The notes beneath the pieces are model-generated. The model ran no database searches, was not told the origin of the DNA, and worked only from the letters and a program-made list of their open reading frames with translations. A stretch of 64,000 bases of DNA from Chloroflexota bacterium (GTDB taxonomy: Bacteria; Chloroflexota; UBA11872), in contig WTFW01000163.1 of NCBI GenBank assembly GCA_011523785.1, positions 4,835 to 68,834 of the forward strand. The letters run 5' to 3'. Positions 28,923 to 39,789 of this stretch are shown here, piece by piece. Position 1 is the stretch's first letter, and every line of letters starts with the position of its first letter. Position numbers and translations under genes: made by a program.

Positions 28923-29945
28923 GTGTCCTTCGTGACTGACCTCAACTGGCTGGCGCTGGCCCTCGGCGCGCCGCTGGCGCTGGTCTTAACCCTCGGCGTG
29001 CGAACGCTGGCCGCCCGCCTGGGCTGGATGGACCAACCCGGAGCGGCGCGAATCCACGTGGTGCCGGTGCCCCGGCTGGGCGGGGTGGCCATGTATGCGG
29101 CGTTCGTCATCACCGTGCTGGTGGTGGCCTGGCCGCTGGATCGGCAGACCGTGGGGTTGCTGCTGGGCGCCACGCTGCTGGTGGTCTTCATCGTGGTGGA
29201 CGACCTGCGCGGGATGCGTCCACGCAACAAATTCCTCGCGCAGCTCGCGGCCGCGGCGGTGCCGTTGCTGTTCGGCGTCCGCATCGATGTGGTCAGCAAC
29301 CCGTTCGAGGCCGGCGTGGTGCTGCTGCATGCGGCGATCGTGATTCCGTTCACGCTGTTCTGGATCACGGGAATGATGAACGCTATCAACTTCGTGGACG
29401 GACTCGATGGGCTGGCAGGTGGTGTCGTCACCATTGCCGCGATCGTACTGATAGCCCTGTCGCTGCGGCTGGGCCTGCCCGAGACCGCCACGCTGGCCCT
29501 GGTGCTGGTGGCCGTGGTTCTCGGATTCCTGCCGTTCAACGTCTACCGGTCGAGCATCATCATGGGCGACGCCGGCTCGCACTTCCTGGGCTTCGTGCTG
29601 GCGGTCATCGCCATCATGGGCCCGGCCAAGCTGGCTACCGCGATCCTGGTGCTGGGCGTGCCGATTCTGGATATCGCCTGGTCGATCGGGCGCCGTCTGG
29701 CCGGCGGCCGCCGCTTCGCCGACCGGGATGCCGAGCATCTGCATCACCGGCTCTGGGAGGCGGGCGTGCCGCAACCCGCCATCGCGCTGATGTATTACGC
29801 GCTGGCGGGCGTGCTGGGCGTTATTGCGCTGTTGGTCGAGCGGCTGGACAAGATCTTCGCGTTCCTGGGCCTGGCGGTGTTCCTGGGGGCGCTCCTGGCC
29901 GTTCTGAGTCGGGCGCCCAGGCGTCGGGGAGTCCCGCGGCGATAG
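28923..29945 (+). CDS. Glycosyltransferase family 4 (MraY/WecA-like) undecaprenyl-phosphate N-acetylhexosamine-1-phosphate transferase.
   Basis: NAINFVDGLDGLAGG motif, polytopic profile, DDLRG. Confidence 0.88.
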   Translation: MSFVTDLNWLALALGAPLALVLTLGVRTLAARLGWMDQPGAARIHVVPVPRLGGVAMYAAFVITVLVVAWPLDRQTVGLLLGATLLVVFIVVDDLRGMRPRNKFLAQLAAAAVPLLFGVRIDVVSNPFEAGVVLLHAAIVIPFTLFWITGMMNAINFVDGLDGLAGGVVTIAAIVLIALSLRLGLPETATLALVLVAVVLGFLPFNVYRSSIIMGDAGSHFLGFVLAVIAIMGPAKLATAILVLGVPILDIAWSIGRRLAGGRRFADRDAEHLHHRLWEAGVPQPAIALMYYALAGVLGVIALLVERLDKIFAFLGLAVFLGALLAVLSRAPRRRGVPRR

Positions 29946-30018
29946 GACGGTTCCCACCTGTAGGAGGTCGCACCAGCCGCCTCTATACTAGGGCCGTGAC
30001 CGACGGAGGCCCCAAACG

Positions 30019-30225
30019 TTGAATCCCGAAATCCATCCCGACTACATGGAGTGCCGCGTGACCTGCTCGTGCGGCAACATGTTCGAAACGCGCGCCACGA
30101 CATCCTCGATCCACGTGGATGTGTGCTCCAGTTGCCACCCGTTCTACACGGGTCAGCAGCGGCTGGTGGACTCGACCGGCCAGGTGGAGCGGTTCGAGCG
30201 GCGCCGGCGCAGGTCCCGCGCCTAA
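30019..30225 (+). CDS. rpmE: 50S ribosomal protein L31 (TTG start, GGAGG ribosome-binding site).
   Basis: MNPEIHPDYMECRVTCSCGNMFETRATTSSIHVDVCSSCHPFYTGQQ is the L31 zinc-ribbon form. Confidence 0.9.
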   Translation: MNPEIHPDYMECRVTCSCGNMFETRATTSSIHVDVCSSCHPFYTGQQRLVDSTGQVERFERRRRRSRA

Positions 30226-30282
30226 CCAGCCGCACCGGCGGCCAGACGCCGCTGCGGCCCAAGGCTAAGCGGCACGATCTAC

Positions 30283-31245
30283 ATGTCCGCGTCCTCTAAC
30301 GGCAGCAACGAACTTCGCATCAACTATGGCGGCCAGGCCGTACTTGAGGGCGTGATGATGCGTGGCCGCCGCGCCGCGGCGACGGCGGTGCGGCACCCGG
30401 CCGGGCATATCGTGCTCAAGACGGAGGAGCTGGATCCCAACCGGCTTTCGCAGCGGCTGCGCCGCGTGCCGTTCGTGCGCGGAGTCGTCGCGCTCTGGGA
30501 AATGCTGGCCGTTGGACTACGCGCGCTGAACTTCTCAGCCAACGTGCAGCTTGCCGAGGAGGAAGACCAGGACGAAGGCCCCGGCGGCGCGGCCGGCGGC
30601 ATGATGACGGGCAGCCTGGTGATCGGCCTGGTGGTGGGTATTGCGCTGTTCTTCGTGCTGCCGCTCGTGTTGACGTCATTTACCGACGGTCTGGTTGAAT
30701 CCGACTTCGTCAGCAACGTGATCGAAGGCGCCGTGCGGATGGCGGTCTTCGTGACCTATATCGCGCTCATCGGCCTGATGCCCGACATCCGGCGCGTGTG
30801 GATGTATCACGGCGCCGAGCACAAGACGATCAACACGCTGGAGGCCGGCGAGCAACTGACCGTGCCCAACGTGCGTCGCTTTGGGCTGGCCCACCCGCGC
30901 TGTGGCACGTCGTTCATCGTGACGCTGGTGGCGATCTCGATCATCGTGTTTGCGTTGCTGGGGCGCCCGCCGATGGCGATTCGCGTGGTGTCTCGCATCG
31001 TCTTGCTGCCGCTGATCGCCGGCGTGGGCTACGAGTACATTATGCTGACGGCCCGCTACCAGGGGCATGCGCTGGCTCGCTGGGCCTCGAAGCCCGGCAT
31101 GTGGTTCCAGAAGATGACCACGCGCGAGCCGGACGACGAGCAGGTCGAAGTGGCGGTCGCGGCGATGGATCACGTGCTGGCGCGCGAGGACGCCCTGGCG
31201 GAATTGCGGCCGGCCGCCGTGAACGCGGTCGTCGTCGATGATTGA
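30283..31245 (+). CDS. DUF1385 (YqhQ-like) membrane protein.
   Basis: [16 protein letters not shown] and CGTSF blocks. Conserved position between rpmE and prfA. Confidence 0.75.
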   Translation: MSASSNGSNELRINYGGQAVLEGVMMRGRRAAATAVRHPAGHIVLKTEELDPNRLSQRLRRVPFVRGVVALWEMLAVGLRALNFSANVQLAEEEDQDEGPGGAAGGMMTGSLVIGLVVGIALFFVLPLVLTSFTDGLVESDFVSNVIEGAVRMAVFVTYIALIGLMPDIRRVWMYHGAEHKTINTLEAGEQLTVPNVRRFGLAHPRCGTSFIVTLVAISIIVFALLGRPPMAIRVVSRIVLLPLIAGVGYEYIMLTARYQGHALARWASKPGMWFQKMTTREPDDEQVEVAVAAMDHVLAREDALAELRPAAVNAVVVDD

Positions 31246-32317
31246 CCGGCTGGCGGAGGCCCGACGGCGCTACGACGAGCTGACGGCGGAGCTTGCCGGT
31301 GCGGGCGGCGCCCTGGACTCGCGGCGCCTGGCGAGCCTTGGCCGCGAAATGTCGCAGTTGGAGACCACGGCCCGTCTGCATGACGAGCTGTCGGACGCTC
31401 GGGAACGCCTGACCGAGGCGCGCGACCTGCTGGACTCGTCCGATCCTGAACTGGTGGAACTGGCGCGCGAGGAACTGGACGAGGTGCAGGCCGAGATCGC
31501 TGAGATCCAGGCCCGCGCCATCGATGTGCTGGTCAGCGACGACCCCGACGACGCGCGAAACGCCATTGTGGAAGTCCGTGCCGGGACAGGCGGAGAAGAA
31601 GCGGCCCTGTTCGCCGGCGATCTGCTCCGGATGTACACCCGCTATGCCGAGCGCCTGCGTCTGAAGGCGGAGCCCATGACCGTCAACGGCACGGACCGCG
31701 GCGGGGTCAAGGAAGGCATCCTGCGCATCGTTGGCGCCCGGGCGTTCGGTGCCTTCCGATTCGAGAGCGGCGTGCACCGCGTGCAACGCGTGCCGGTCAC
31801 CGAGGCCGGCGGGCGCATTCACACGTCGGCGGCCAGCGTGGCTGTGCTGCCGGAAGCCGAAGAGATCGATATTGAGATTCCCGAGTCCGACGTGCGGGTT
31901 GATGTCTTCCGCTCGAGCGGCCACGGCGGCCAGAGCGTCAACACCACGGACTCGGCGGTACGGGTTACGCACCTGCCCACCAACACCGTGGTCAGCATCC
32001 AGGATGAGAAATCGCAATTGCAGAATCGCGTGAAGGCCATGCAGGTCTTGCGGGCCCGCTTGCTGGAACAGGAACGCGAGCGCCAGGCGGCGGAGCGCGG
32101 GCAGGCTCGGCGCGACCAGATCGGCAGCGGGGATCGCAGCGAAAAGATCCGTACGTATAACTTCCCGCAGGACCGGATTACCGATCATCGCGTGGGTCTG
32201 ACGGTCCACAATTTGCCCGCGATCCTTGACGGAAACCTGGACCGGGTGATCGATTCGCTGCGGCAGGCCGAGCGAGACCGCGAACTGGCGGGCTTTGCCG
32301 ACGTCGGCGCCGCCTGA
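31238..32317 (+). CDS. prfA: Peptide chain release factor 1.
   Basis: RF1 PVT tripeptide (RVPVTE) and GGQ motif ([11 protein letters not shown]). Confidence 0.93.
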   Translation: MIDRLAEARRRYDELTAELAGAGGALDSRRLASLGREMSQLETTARLHDELSDARERLTEARDLLDSSDPELVELAREELDEVQAEIAEIQARAIDVLVSDDPDDARNAIVEVRAGTGGEEAALFAGDLLRMYTRYAERLRLKAEPMTVNGTDRGGVKEGILRIVGARAFGAFRFESGVHRVQRVPVTEAGGRIHTSAASVAVLPEAEEIDIEIPESDVRVDVFRSSGHGGQSVNTTDSAVRVTHLPTNTVVSIQDEKSQLQNRVKAMQVLRARLLEQERERQAAERGQARRDQIGSGDRSEKIRTYNFPQDRITDHRVGLTVHNLPAILDGNLDRVIDSLRQAERDRELAGFADVGAA

Positions 32318-33155
32318 CACGCTCGCCGAGCTGCGCCGCGCGGTCATTGCGCGCCTGCGCACGGCTGGCGTCGATACGCCGGTCCTGGACGCAAACATGC
32401 TGATCGGGCATGTACTGGGGATCGCGCCCGAGCGGGTGGCGATGGGGCTCGGAGCCGAGTTGGGCGACGACGACGTAGGACGAATTGAAACCGCATCGAG
32501 GCGACGCGAGCGTCGCGAGCCGATGGCCTACATCACCGGTTTCAAGGCCTTCCGCCATCTCGACATCGCGGTGACGCGGGACGTGCTGGTCCCCCGGCCC
32601 GAGAGCGAGTTGCTGGTTGACGTTGGGCTGGAGCTGTGGGACGCGAACCCTGGCTCAACCGCGGTAGACATTGGGACTGGCAGCGGCGTGATTGCCCTGG
32701 CGCTCGCCAGCGAACGCCCGGGCCGTCGCGTGATCGCGACAGACTGTTCCCACGCGGCCCTGCAGGTGGCTGCGGCCAATGCACGGCGACTGCAGCTGGC
32801 GGATCGGGTGAAAAGTCGCTTCGCGGCTGGAGCGACCGGGGTGGACCTGGGTGAATCGGTGGTCGTGGCAAACCTGCCGTATATCCCATCGGCGGCGCTG
32901 GATGCGCTCGAGCCGGAAGTCGCGCGCTGGGAGCCGAGACTCGCTCTCGACGGCGGACCCGACGGCCTGGCCGTAATTCGTGAAGTCGTGGGACAGGTTG
33001 GTCGGGGACGGGCACGGGCCGCCGCGTTCGAGATTGGAGCCGGGCAGACCGAGTCGGTTGCGGCGCTGCTGCGCCAGGCAGGGTTTGCGCAGACGGCCGT
33101 GCATCGCGACCTCGCCGGGCATCCACGCGTCGTAACGGGCTCCCGCGTAAGCTGA
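32295..33155 (+). CDS. prmC: Release-factor glutamine N5-methyltransferase PrmC/HemK.
   Basis: [11 protein letters not shown] motif I and NPPY-type VVANLPYI. Confidence 0.9.
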   Translation: MPTSAPPDTLAELRRAVIARLRTAGVDTPVLDANMLIGHVLGIAPERVAMGLGAELGDDDVGRIETASRRRERREPMAYITGFKAFRHLDIAVTRDVLVPRPESELLVDVGLELWDANPGSTAVDIGTGSGVIALALASERPGRRVIATDCSHAALQVAAANARRLQLADRVKSRFAAGATGVDLGESVVVANLPYIPSAALDALEPEVARWEPRLALDGGPDGLAVIREVVGQVGRGRARAAAFEIGAGQTESVAALLRQAGFAQTAVHRDLAGHPRVVTGSRVS

Positions 33156-33191
33156 GCCTAGGCGGCGGCTTGCGGCCGTCCGCTCGGGAGG

Positions 33192-33848
33192 ATGCCGCGA
33201 CGCGTGTCACCTGCGACTGATTCGCCGCGCAGCGGCCTGCTGTTTCTCGTGACCGCTCCCTCGGGCGCCGGCAAGGACTCGGTGATCGGCGTGCTGAGAG
33301 ACCGTGGCGCTGACGTGGGCTTTGCGATTACCGCCCTGACGCGCGAGCCTCGCGAGGGCGAGCGGGACGGCATCGACCACTTCTTTATCAGCGACGCGGA
33401 GTTCGAGCGGCGGCTGAGCGACGGTTGGTTTCTGGAGACGGCCAGTGTCTACGGGCGGCGCTACGGCACGCCCATCCACCAGGTGCGCAAGCCACTGCTG
33501 GAGGGACGGGACGTGATGCTGCGCCTGGATGTCCAGGGCGCCCGCGAACTCAAGCGGCGCTACCCCGGCGCGATCGCGATATTCGTTGAGCCGCCCTCGC
33601 CGGAGGAGGCCGAGCGACGCATGCGGTCCCGTGCCACCGAGTCGCCACAGGAAATCGAACGCCGGATTGACGCCATGCGCGCATACGAATTGTCGTTCGC
33701 CGCGGAGGCCGACTTTCGAGTCGTGAACGCGACTGGCGACCTCGCGCGGGCGGCCGACCGCGTATGGGACATCGTCACCTCGGTCCGCCGGACCCCCGAG
33801 CGAATGGCGGTGGCGGCTGAGCTGACCCCGGTTCGACCCCTGGACTAA
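33192..33848 (+). CDS. gmk: Guanylate kinase.
   Basis: P-loop APSGAGKDS. TREPREGERDGIDHFF and the downstream family block. Confidence 0.85.
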   Translation: MPRRVSPATDSPRSGLLFLVTAPSGAGKDSVIGVLRDRGADVGFAITALTREPREGERDGIDHFFISDAEFERRLSDGWFLETASVYGRRYGTPIHQVRKPLLEGRDVMLRLDVQGARELKRRYPGAIAIFVEPPSPEEAERRMRSRATESPQEIERRIDAMRAYELSFAAEADFRVVNATGDLARAADRVWDIVTSVRRTPERMAVAAELTPVRPLD

Positions 33849-33853
33849 CGGCC

Positions 33854-36292
33854 GTGAACGCGACGGCGCCCGCGTATGCCGAGGTCATCGTGGCGGCCGG
33901 TGACGTGCGCGGCGACCAGACGTTTCACTACAGCGTGCCGGATGACTTGCGGGGTGCCGTGCGGCCCGGCCAGCTGGTGATGGCGCCGTTCGGGGCGCGG
34001 CAACTGCCCGGGGTGGTGACGGCGCTGGCCGACGTTTCGCCGGTAGACGCGACGCGAGATCTCCTGCAGCTGGTCTGGGAGCCACCCTTGATCGGACCTC
34101 GGCAGCTTGCGCTGGCACGCTGGGTGGCCGCTCGCTATGGAGCCCCCTTGCGGTCGGCCCTGGACCTGGTCGCGCCGCCACGCCTGGCGCACCACTTGCA
34201 CGCCGTGTATGCGGCGGCAGGAGCGAGTGAGCCGCGTCAGGGGATCTCGGGCGGCGACCGGCGCGTGCTCGAACTCCTTCGCGAACGCGGCGGGCTAACC
34301 GAGGCCGCGCTGCGGACCGAGCTTGGCAAAACTGCCGCAACGCGTGGTGTGGCGCGGCTGGTTCGCCACGGCCTGGTGACGCGGCATGTCAGTCTTCGCT
34401 TCCCCGAGCCGCCCGCGGAACGTCTCGTCGAGTCGCTACCGCCGCCGGATGGCCAGTCGCCGGCCGAGTTGTTGCAGCGTGCGCCCAAGCAACGTGCCCT
34501 CTGGGAGCACCTGCGAAGTCTTGACGGGCCGATGCCCGTGGCCCAGGTGCTCAGGCAGGTTTCGGCGTCACGGCCATCGCTGCAGGGGCTGGTGGATCGT
34601 GGCCTGGCGCGCATCGAGAGCCGCTGGTCGGCCTCCTACATCGTCGCCGGATTGCGGGATGGGGTTGCCTGCGCCCAGGCAGGCGATGCCTGGGCCTGGC
34701 CTGAACTGGCGGCGGCCCTCGCACGCCGGCCGCCGGATCCGGTGGTTGTGCAGGGCCGCGAGTCCGATCGCTGGCCAATGTACGCCAAGGCCATCGAGCG
34801 GGTAGCGACCGAGCGGCGCCAGGCTCTGGTGATCGCTCCCGAAGCCGCGACCGCGGCCGAATTGGCCGAATGGCTGGCCGCGCGGGTAAGCGTGACGCCG
34901 GCAGACGCCACCCGGGCTCGCACGCCGGCGCAGCGCGTGGCGTTGTGGCGCGCGCTGCGCGCCGGCGAAATCGATCTGTTGGTGGGAACGCGTGACGCGA
35001 CCTTCGCGCCGCTGACGCGCCTGGGTCTCGTGATCGTGGAACGCGAGGAAGATTCGGGCCACAAGAGCCGCGTTGCGCCCAGGTACCACGTGCCGGTCTG
35101 CGCCGCCAGGCTGGCGGAACTCTTTGGTTGCCCCCTTCTGTTGGGCACGGAAACCCCGCGCGTCGCCACCTTTCATGCAGCCGAGACCGGCCGCGCGCAG
35201 CTGGTGATCGCCGGATCCCCGCTGCTCTTGCGCCAGCCGGAGGATGAAACGGGCGGTGGCCGGTTCGTGCGGCGGTCGTCGCGCGATGCGGAAATCGTGG
35301 ACACGCGCCGGGCGCCAACCGTGGGCCGCTACGGAGCGATCTCGCGAGCGCTCTACGAGGCGTTGCGCGAGACCCTGTCTGAACAGGGCCGTGCCGTGTT
35401 GTACGTCAACCGGCGCGGCCTGGCCGCCCTGACCATCTGCCGCACCTGTGCCCACGTCTTCGAGTGCCCGCGCTGCAGCACCGGGCTGGTCCAGCATCGC
35501 CAGACACGGCAGAACGTCTGCCACATCTGCAACTGGCGGGGACCGGTGCCCCGCTGGTGCCCGGTCTGCGAGGGCGACCGCCTGCGCCTCTGGGGCTACG
35601 GCAGTGAGGCCGTCGCCGAGGCGGTCGCGCACCTGCTGCCGCGATCGAAAGTGGCCCGCATAGACAGCGACCGGCCGGCACACGAAATGGACGCCGACGT
35701 GACGGCCTTCGAGCGAAGTGAAGTTCAGGTCCTGGTTGGCACGCAGCGTTTGCTGGGATTCGGCAATCGGCTGCAGTCCGACCTGCTGGGCATCGTACAG
35801 GCCGACATCGGGCTACAGTTTCCCGACTTTCTGGCCCCGGAGCGCGTGTTTCTGACGCTCTCGCGTCTGCGGCTGGTGGCCACCGGCAGCCAGGCGAGGG
35901 CGCGTACAGTAGTGCAAACGATCATGCCCAATCATCACGTCGTGCAGGCATTGCAAACGGCTAGCTACCTGCGTTTCTTCGAACCCGAGATGGAGCAGCG
36001 CCGCAGCGAAGGCCTGCCGCCCTTGCGCCCCCTGATCAAGGCATCGTTCGGCCATGCCGACGAGTCACGAGCCGAAGCCGAGGCGCGGCGCGCGCGGCTG
36101 GAGCTCAACACCGTGCTGACCGCCGGTCCGCCGCTGGACCTGGACGTGCTTGGGCCGGCCCCCGCCTTCATTTACCGGCAGCGCGGCCAGTATCAGTGGC
36201 AGTTGCTGTTACAGGGCCAGGACGCCGAAAAAGCGCTCCCGTTGTTTCACGGCGGCTGGACGCTCGACGCCGATCCTCTCGATTTGACGTAA
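33854..36292 (+). CDS. priA: Primosomal protein N' (PriA) with degenerate Walker A and B motifs.
   Basis: 3'BD N-terminus, and the PriA zinc-binding Cys cluster CRTCAHVFECPRCSTGL...CHICNW...CPVCEG. The expected GxxGSGKT position reads QGRESDRWPMYAKAIE and the DExH position reads EREEDSGHK. Confidence 0.85.
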   Translation: MNATAPAYAEVIVAAGDVRGDQTFHYSVPDDLRGAVRPGQLVMAPFGARQLPGVVTALADVSPVDATRDLLQLVWEPPLIGPRQLALARWVAARYGAPLRSALDLVAPPRLAHHLHAVYAAAGASEPRQGISGGDRRVLELLRERGGLTEAALRTELGKTAATRGVARLVRHGLVTRHVSLRFPEPPAERLVESLPPPDGQSPAELLQRAPKQRALWEHLRSLDGPMPVAQVLRQVSASRPSLQGLVDRGLARIESRWSASYIVAGLRDGVACAQAGDAWAWPELAAALARRPPDPVVVQGRESDRWPMYAKAIERVATERRQALVIAPEAATAAELAEWLAARVSVTPADATRARTPAQRVALWRALRAGEIDLLVGTRDATFAPLTRLGLVIVEREEDSGHKSRVAPRYHVPVCAARLAELFGCPLLLGTETPRVATFHAAETGRAQLVIAGSPLLLRQPEDETGGGRFVRRSSRDAEIVDTRRAPTVGRYGAISRALYEALRETLSEQGRAVLYVNRRGLAALTICRTCAHVFECPRCSTGLVQHRQTRQNVCHICNWRGPVPRWCPVCEGDRLRLWGYGSEAVAEAVAHLLPRSKVARIDSDRPAHEMDADVTAFERSEVQVLVGTQRLLGFGNRLQSDLLGIVQADIGLQFPDFLAPERVFLTLSRLRLVATGSQARARTVVQTIMPNHHVVQALQTASYLRFFEPEMEQRRSEGLPPLRPLIKASFGHADESRAEAEARRARLELNTVLTAGPPLDLDVLGPAPAFIYRQRGQYQWQLLLQGQDAEKALPLFHGGWTLDADPLDLT

Positions 36293-36297
36293 CCCGA

Positions 36298-36798
36298 ATG
36301 GCCGTTCTCACCGTGCTACCGGTCGACCACCCCATGCTGCGGCGCAAGGCCAGCCGCGTTCGCGGCGTATCGGCTGGACTGCGCACGTTTGTGGACGACA
36401 TGTTCGAGACCATGCAGGCGCATCGAGGCGCCGGACTGGCGGCGCCGCAACTCGGCCGTCCCTGGCGGGTGATCGTGGCCGATACGGGATCCGAACGCTT
36501 TGCCCTGGTAAACCCCGAAGTTGTTCGCGCCAGCGGCGCCGCCGTGGCCGAGGAAGGCTGCCTGAGCCTGCCCAACTGGTATGGCCCCGTGGAGCGGGCC
36601 ACCGACGTCACTGTGAAGGGCCTCGGCCTGGACGGAACGTCGGTGCGCCGCCGCTTGCGCGGCCTGGCCGCCCGCGTAGTGCTGCACGAAATCGACCATC
36701 TGGACGGCGTGATCTTTACCGACCGCCTGGTGGATTCCGAGAAGCTGCGCTTCGTGGACCCACGCTCGCAGGAAGCGCAGGAACTACGCGCGTCGTAG
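36298..36798 (+). CDS. def: Peptide deformylase.
   Basis: GAGLAAPQ, EGCLSLP and HEIDHLDG motifs. Start taken at MAVLTV immediately after the priA stop. Confidence 0.92.
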   Translation: MAVLTVLPVDHPMLRRKASRVRGVSAGLRTFVDDMFETMQAHRGAGLAAPQLGRPWRVIVADTGSERFALVNPEVVRASGAAVAEEGCLSLPNWYGPVERATDVTVKGLGLDGTSVRRRLRGLAARVVLHEIDHLDGVIFTDRLVDSEKLRFVDPRSQEAQELRAS

Positions 36799-36803
36799 GG
36801 CCC

Positions 36804-37757
36804 ATGCGCGTCGTCTTCTTCGGCACCCCCGACTTTGCAGTCCCCTCGCTGCGCCGGTTGACGGAACGGTTCGACGTGGCGCTGGTTGTTACGCGCCCTG
36901 ACCGACCGGTGGGGCGAGGTGGCCGGCTGACGCCGCCGCCGGTCGCGACAGTGGCTCGCGACCTTGACCTGGATTTGTTCCAGCCTGCCAATCCCAACAA
37001 GCTGGAGGCCGTTGAAGCCATTGCGTCCTATGAGCCCCAGGCGGTGGTATGCGTGGCCTACGGCCGGCTGCTGGGCACGCGGCTTCGCCGGCTGGCGACG
37101 CCCGGGATCGTCAATGCCCACCCGTCGTTGCTGCCCGCCTACCGCGGAGCGTCGCCGATCCAGGGCGCCTTGCTGGATGGCGCTGGCGAAACCGGCGTCA
37201 CGCTGATTCGGCTTGTCCGCAAGCTTGACGCCGGACCGATCGTCGCGGTCGAGCGAAGCCAGATCGATCCCGACGAAACGGCGGCCCATCTGCACGGGCG
37301 GCTGGCCGACCTCACGGCTGAGTTGCTGATCCGCGTCCTGCCCGCCTGGGCCGCCGGCGAACTGACCGAAGAGTCGCAGGACGAAGCGAAGGTCACGCTC
37401 ACGCGGCCCCTTGAGCGCGCGGACGCCGACCTGGATTTGCGCCGATCCGCCGCTGAGCTCTACAACCGCTGGCGGGCATTTCAGCCCTGGCCCGGCGTGC
37501 GGGTACGCGCGGGCGACACGATCTGCGGGCTGACGGACGTGCGACTCGGCATGGAACAGCTGGATCCCGGCCAGGTGCGCCTTTCCGGCGAAGCGCTACT
37601 GCTCGGCTGCGGCGACGGCTCGCTGGCGATTCGTGCGCTCCAGCCGGCCGGTCGCAAGCGCATGACGGCGGCCGCATTTGCCCGCGGCTATCAAGGCGTG
37701 CTGCATGTGCCCTGGGGCCATCCCTATCCCGAAGCGAGGCCGCCGCTCATCGAGTAA
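36804..37757 (+). CDS. fmt: Methionyl-tRNA formyltransferase.
   Basis: MRVVFFGTPDFAV, NAHPSLLPAYRGASPIQ, C-terminal domain. Confidence 0.92.
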   Translation: MRVVFFGTPDFAVPSLRRLTERFDVALVVTRPDRPVGRGGRLTPPPVATVARDLDLDLFQPANPNKLEAVEAIASYEPQAVVCVAYGRLLGTRLRRLATPGIVNAHPSLLPAYRGASPIQGALLDGAGETGVTLIRLVRKLDAGPIVAVERSQIDPDETAAHLHGRLADLTAELLIRVLPAWAAGELTEESQDEAKVTLTRPLERADADLDLRRSAAELYNRWRAFQPWPGVRVRAGDTICGLTDVRLGMEQLDPGQVRLSGEALLLGCGDGSLAIRALQPAGRKRMTAAAFARGYQGVLHVPWGHPYPEARPPLIE

Positions 37758-37854
37758 CTGGAAGCTCCACTACGGTGCCGAAGCGGCCCGGTGATACGCT
37801 TGATTCCAAGACGCGTCGCGTACCCCAGCGACTGCGCGAATAGGCTCGCTAATC

Positions 37855-38580
37855 GTGTTCTTCCCCTTCTTCGACCCGCTGTACCTGCTCCTGATCGGCC
37901 CGGCCTTCATCCTTGCCATGTGGGCTCAGAACCGCGTCAAGGGCACGTACCGCAAATACTCCCAGGTCATGTCCAGTTCGGGCATCCCGGCCCACCTGGC
38001 GGCGCGGCGCCTGCTGGACGCCGTGGGGCTGTACGACGTCGAGGTCAAGCGCGTGCCGGGCGAGTTGACGGATCACTACGACCCGACAAAAAAGGTCTTG
38101 CGCCTGTCCGACGGCGTCTTCGACAGCAACTCGCTGGCCGCCGTGGCCATTGCCGCGCACGAGGCTGGCCATGCCATGCAGGACAAGATTCGCTACCCCT
38201 TCCTGGTGTTGCGAACGGCCATGGTGCCCATCACCACGTTCGGTTCGCGCTTCGGCTACTTCATGCTGATCGGCGGGTTTTTGCTGGCGCTCTTTTCGGG
38301 TGGAAGCCCGTTGGGCCTTGCAGTGGCCTGGATAGGTCTGGCGCTCTTCGCCACGGCGTTCGTATTCGCCCTGATCACGCTTCCGGTCGAGTTTGACGCC
38401 AGCCGGCGTGCAATCCAGATGATGGAGAGCGTGTACGTCATCAGCGGCGCCGAGCGCGTCCACGCAAAGAAGGTGCTGGACGCCGCGGCGCTGACCTACA
38501 TCGCCGCCATGTTCATCGCCCTGATGCAGGTGCTCTATTTCGCGCTGCGCCTGCTCGCCCTTTCCGGCAGCCGCGACTAG
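37855..38580 (+). CDS. YugP-family membrane zinc metallopeptidase.
   Basis: HEAGHAMQ zincin motif plus flanking TM helices. Confidence 0.8.
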   Translation: MFFPFFDPLYLLLIGPAFILAMWAQNRVKGTYRKYSQVMSSSGIPAHLAARRLLDAVGLYDVEVKRVPGELTDHYDPTKKVLRLSDGVFDSNSLAAVAIAAHEAGHAMQDKIRYPFLVLRTAMVPITTFGSRFGYFMLIGGFLLALFSGGSPLGLAVAWIGLALFATAFVFALITLPVEFDASRRAIQMMESVYVISGAERVHAKKVLDAAALTYIAAMFIALMQVLYFALRLLALSGSRD

Positions 38581-38595
38581 CTCACCGGCGCTCGC

Positions 38596-39660
38596 ATGAG
38601 CGGTTCTCCGGACGCCGCGCCGGGCCGTCCGCCGATTACCGGAGTCTCCGTGCCCGCGCTGCGTCAGATGCTGGCTGGCGAACCGCGGTACCGCATCGAT
38701 CAGCTGCGGCGCGCGGTCTACCGGGAATCGGCCACCGAATTCGAGCAGATTCTGACCTTACCGACGTCATTGCGCTCGGCGCTCGCGCATCAATTCCGCT
38801 TCGAGTCGCTGGATTCGGTCCGCTCGGAAACGTCGTCCGATGGAACGCGCAAGACCCTGTTTCGCACCGCCGACGGCGCGCCGGTTGAAACGGTGCAGAT
38901 GCCGACCGAGCGGGCTGGCGCCACGACCATCTGCCTCAGCTCGCAAGCCGGCTGCGGCATGGGTTGCACGTTTTGCGCCACCGGAGCCATGGGGCTGACC
39001 CGCAATCTCACCGGCAGCGAGATCGTGGACCAATTCCTGCACTACCGGCGGCGCTCCGCGGCGAATCGGACTCCCGACCGGGCGGTGTTCATGGGCATGG
39101 GCGAACCGCTGGCCAACCTGCGGGAGGTCAAGTCGGCCGTACGTCTGCTCGTCGATCCGCAGGCCGTCGGGCTCAGCCCGCGCCGCGTAACCGTGTCCAC
39201 CGTGGGTCTGCCACGAGGCATCCACGCCATGGCTGGCTGGGGGCTTCCAGTAAGCCTGGCGATTTCGCTCCACGCACCTGACGACCAGGTTCGAGCCGAG
39301 CTTGTGCCCGTCGCCCGCCGCTTTCCGCTCGACACGCTCATGGATGCCAGTCGCCGCTACCAGCAGCAGGCGCGCCGGCGCGTGACCTACGAATACACCC
39401 TGCTTGATGGCGTGAACGACTCGCTGGCCCAGGCAGCCGACCTAACCCGGCTGCTACGCGGCCAGCGCTGTCACCTGAACCTGATCCCGTTCAACGCCTA
39501 TCCGGGAGCGCGCTACCGCCCTACGCCGCGCGACGGAATCCGAGCATTTCGCGACGCCCTGCGCGCGCGTGGTCTGCGGGCCACGATTCGGCGCACTCGT
39601 GGTCGTGACATCTCCGGCGCCTGTGGGCAATTGCACGCGGGGGCGCTGACGGGCGGATAG
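38596..39660 (+). CDS. rlmN: 23S rRNA (adenine2503-C2)-methyltransferase RlmN (radical SAM).
   Basis: CGMGCTFCATG radical-SAM cluster site, MGMGEPL, NLIPFN. Confidence 0.9.
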   Translation: MSGSPDAAPGRPPITGVSVPALRQMLAGEPRYRIDQLRRAVYRESATEFEQILTLPTSLRSALAHQFRFESLDSVRSETSSDGTRKTLFRTADGAPVETVQMPTERAGATTICLSSQAGCGMGCTFCATGAMGLTRNLTGSEIVDQFLHYRRRSAANRTPDRAVFMGMGEPLANLREVKSAVRLLVDPQAVGLSPRRVTVSTVGLPRGIHAMAGWGLPVSLAISLHAPDDQVRAELVPVARRFPLDTLMDASRRYQQQARRRVTYEYTLLDGVNDSLAQAADLTRLLRGQRCHLNLIPFNAYPGARYRPTPRDGIRAFRDALRARGLRATIRRTRGRDISGACGQLHAGALTGG

Positions 39661-39789
39661 CGGCGTGCGCGTCCGACTGGCGCGCCGTATCTTCGGGGCA
39701 ATCGAGTCCCCAGGGGCGAGGCGCGCAATGCAATTCGGCACGACGCAGTCAGCGCCCCGACTGCCGCCTGGCTGTGGTGAAATGACGCC

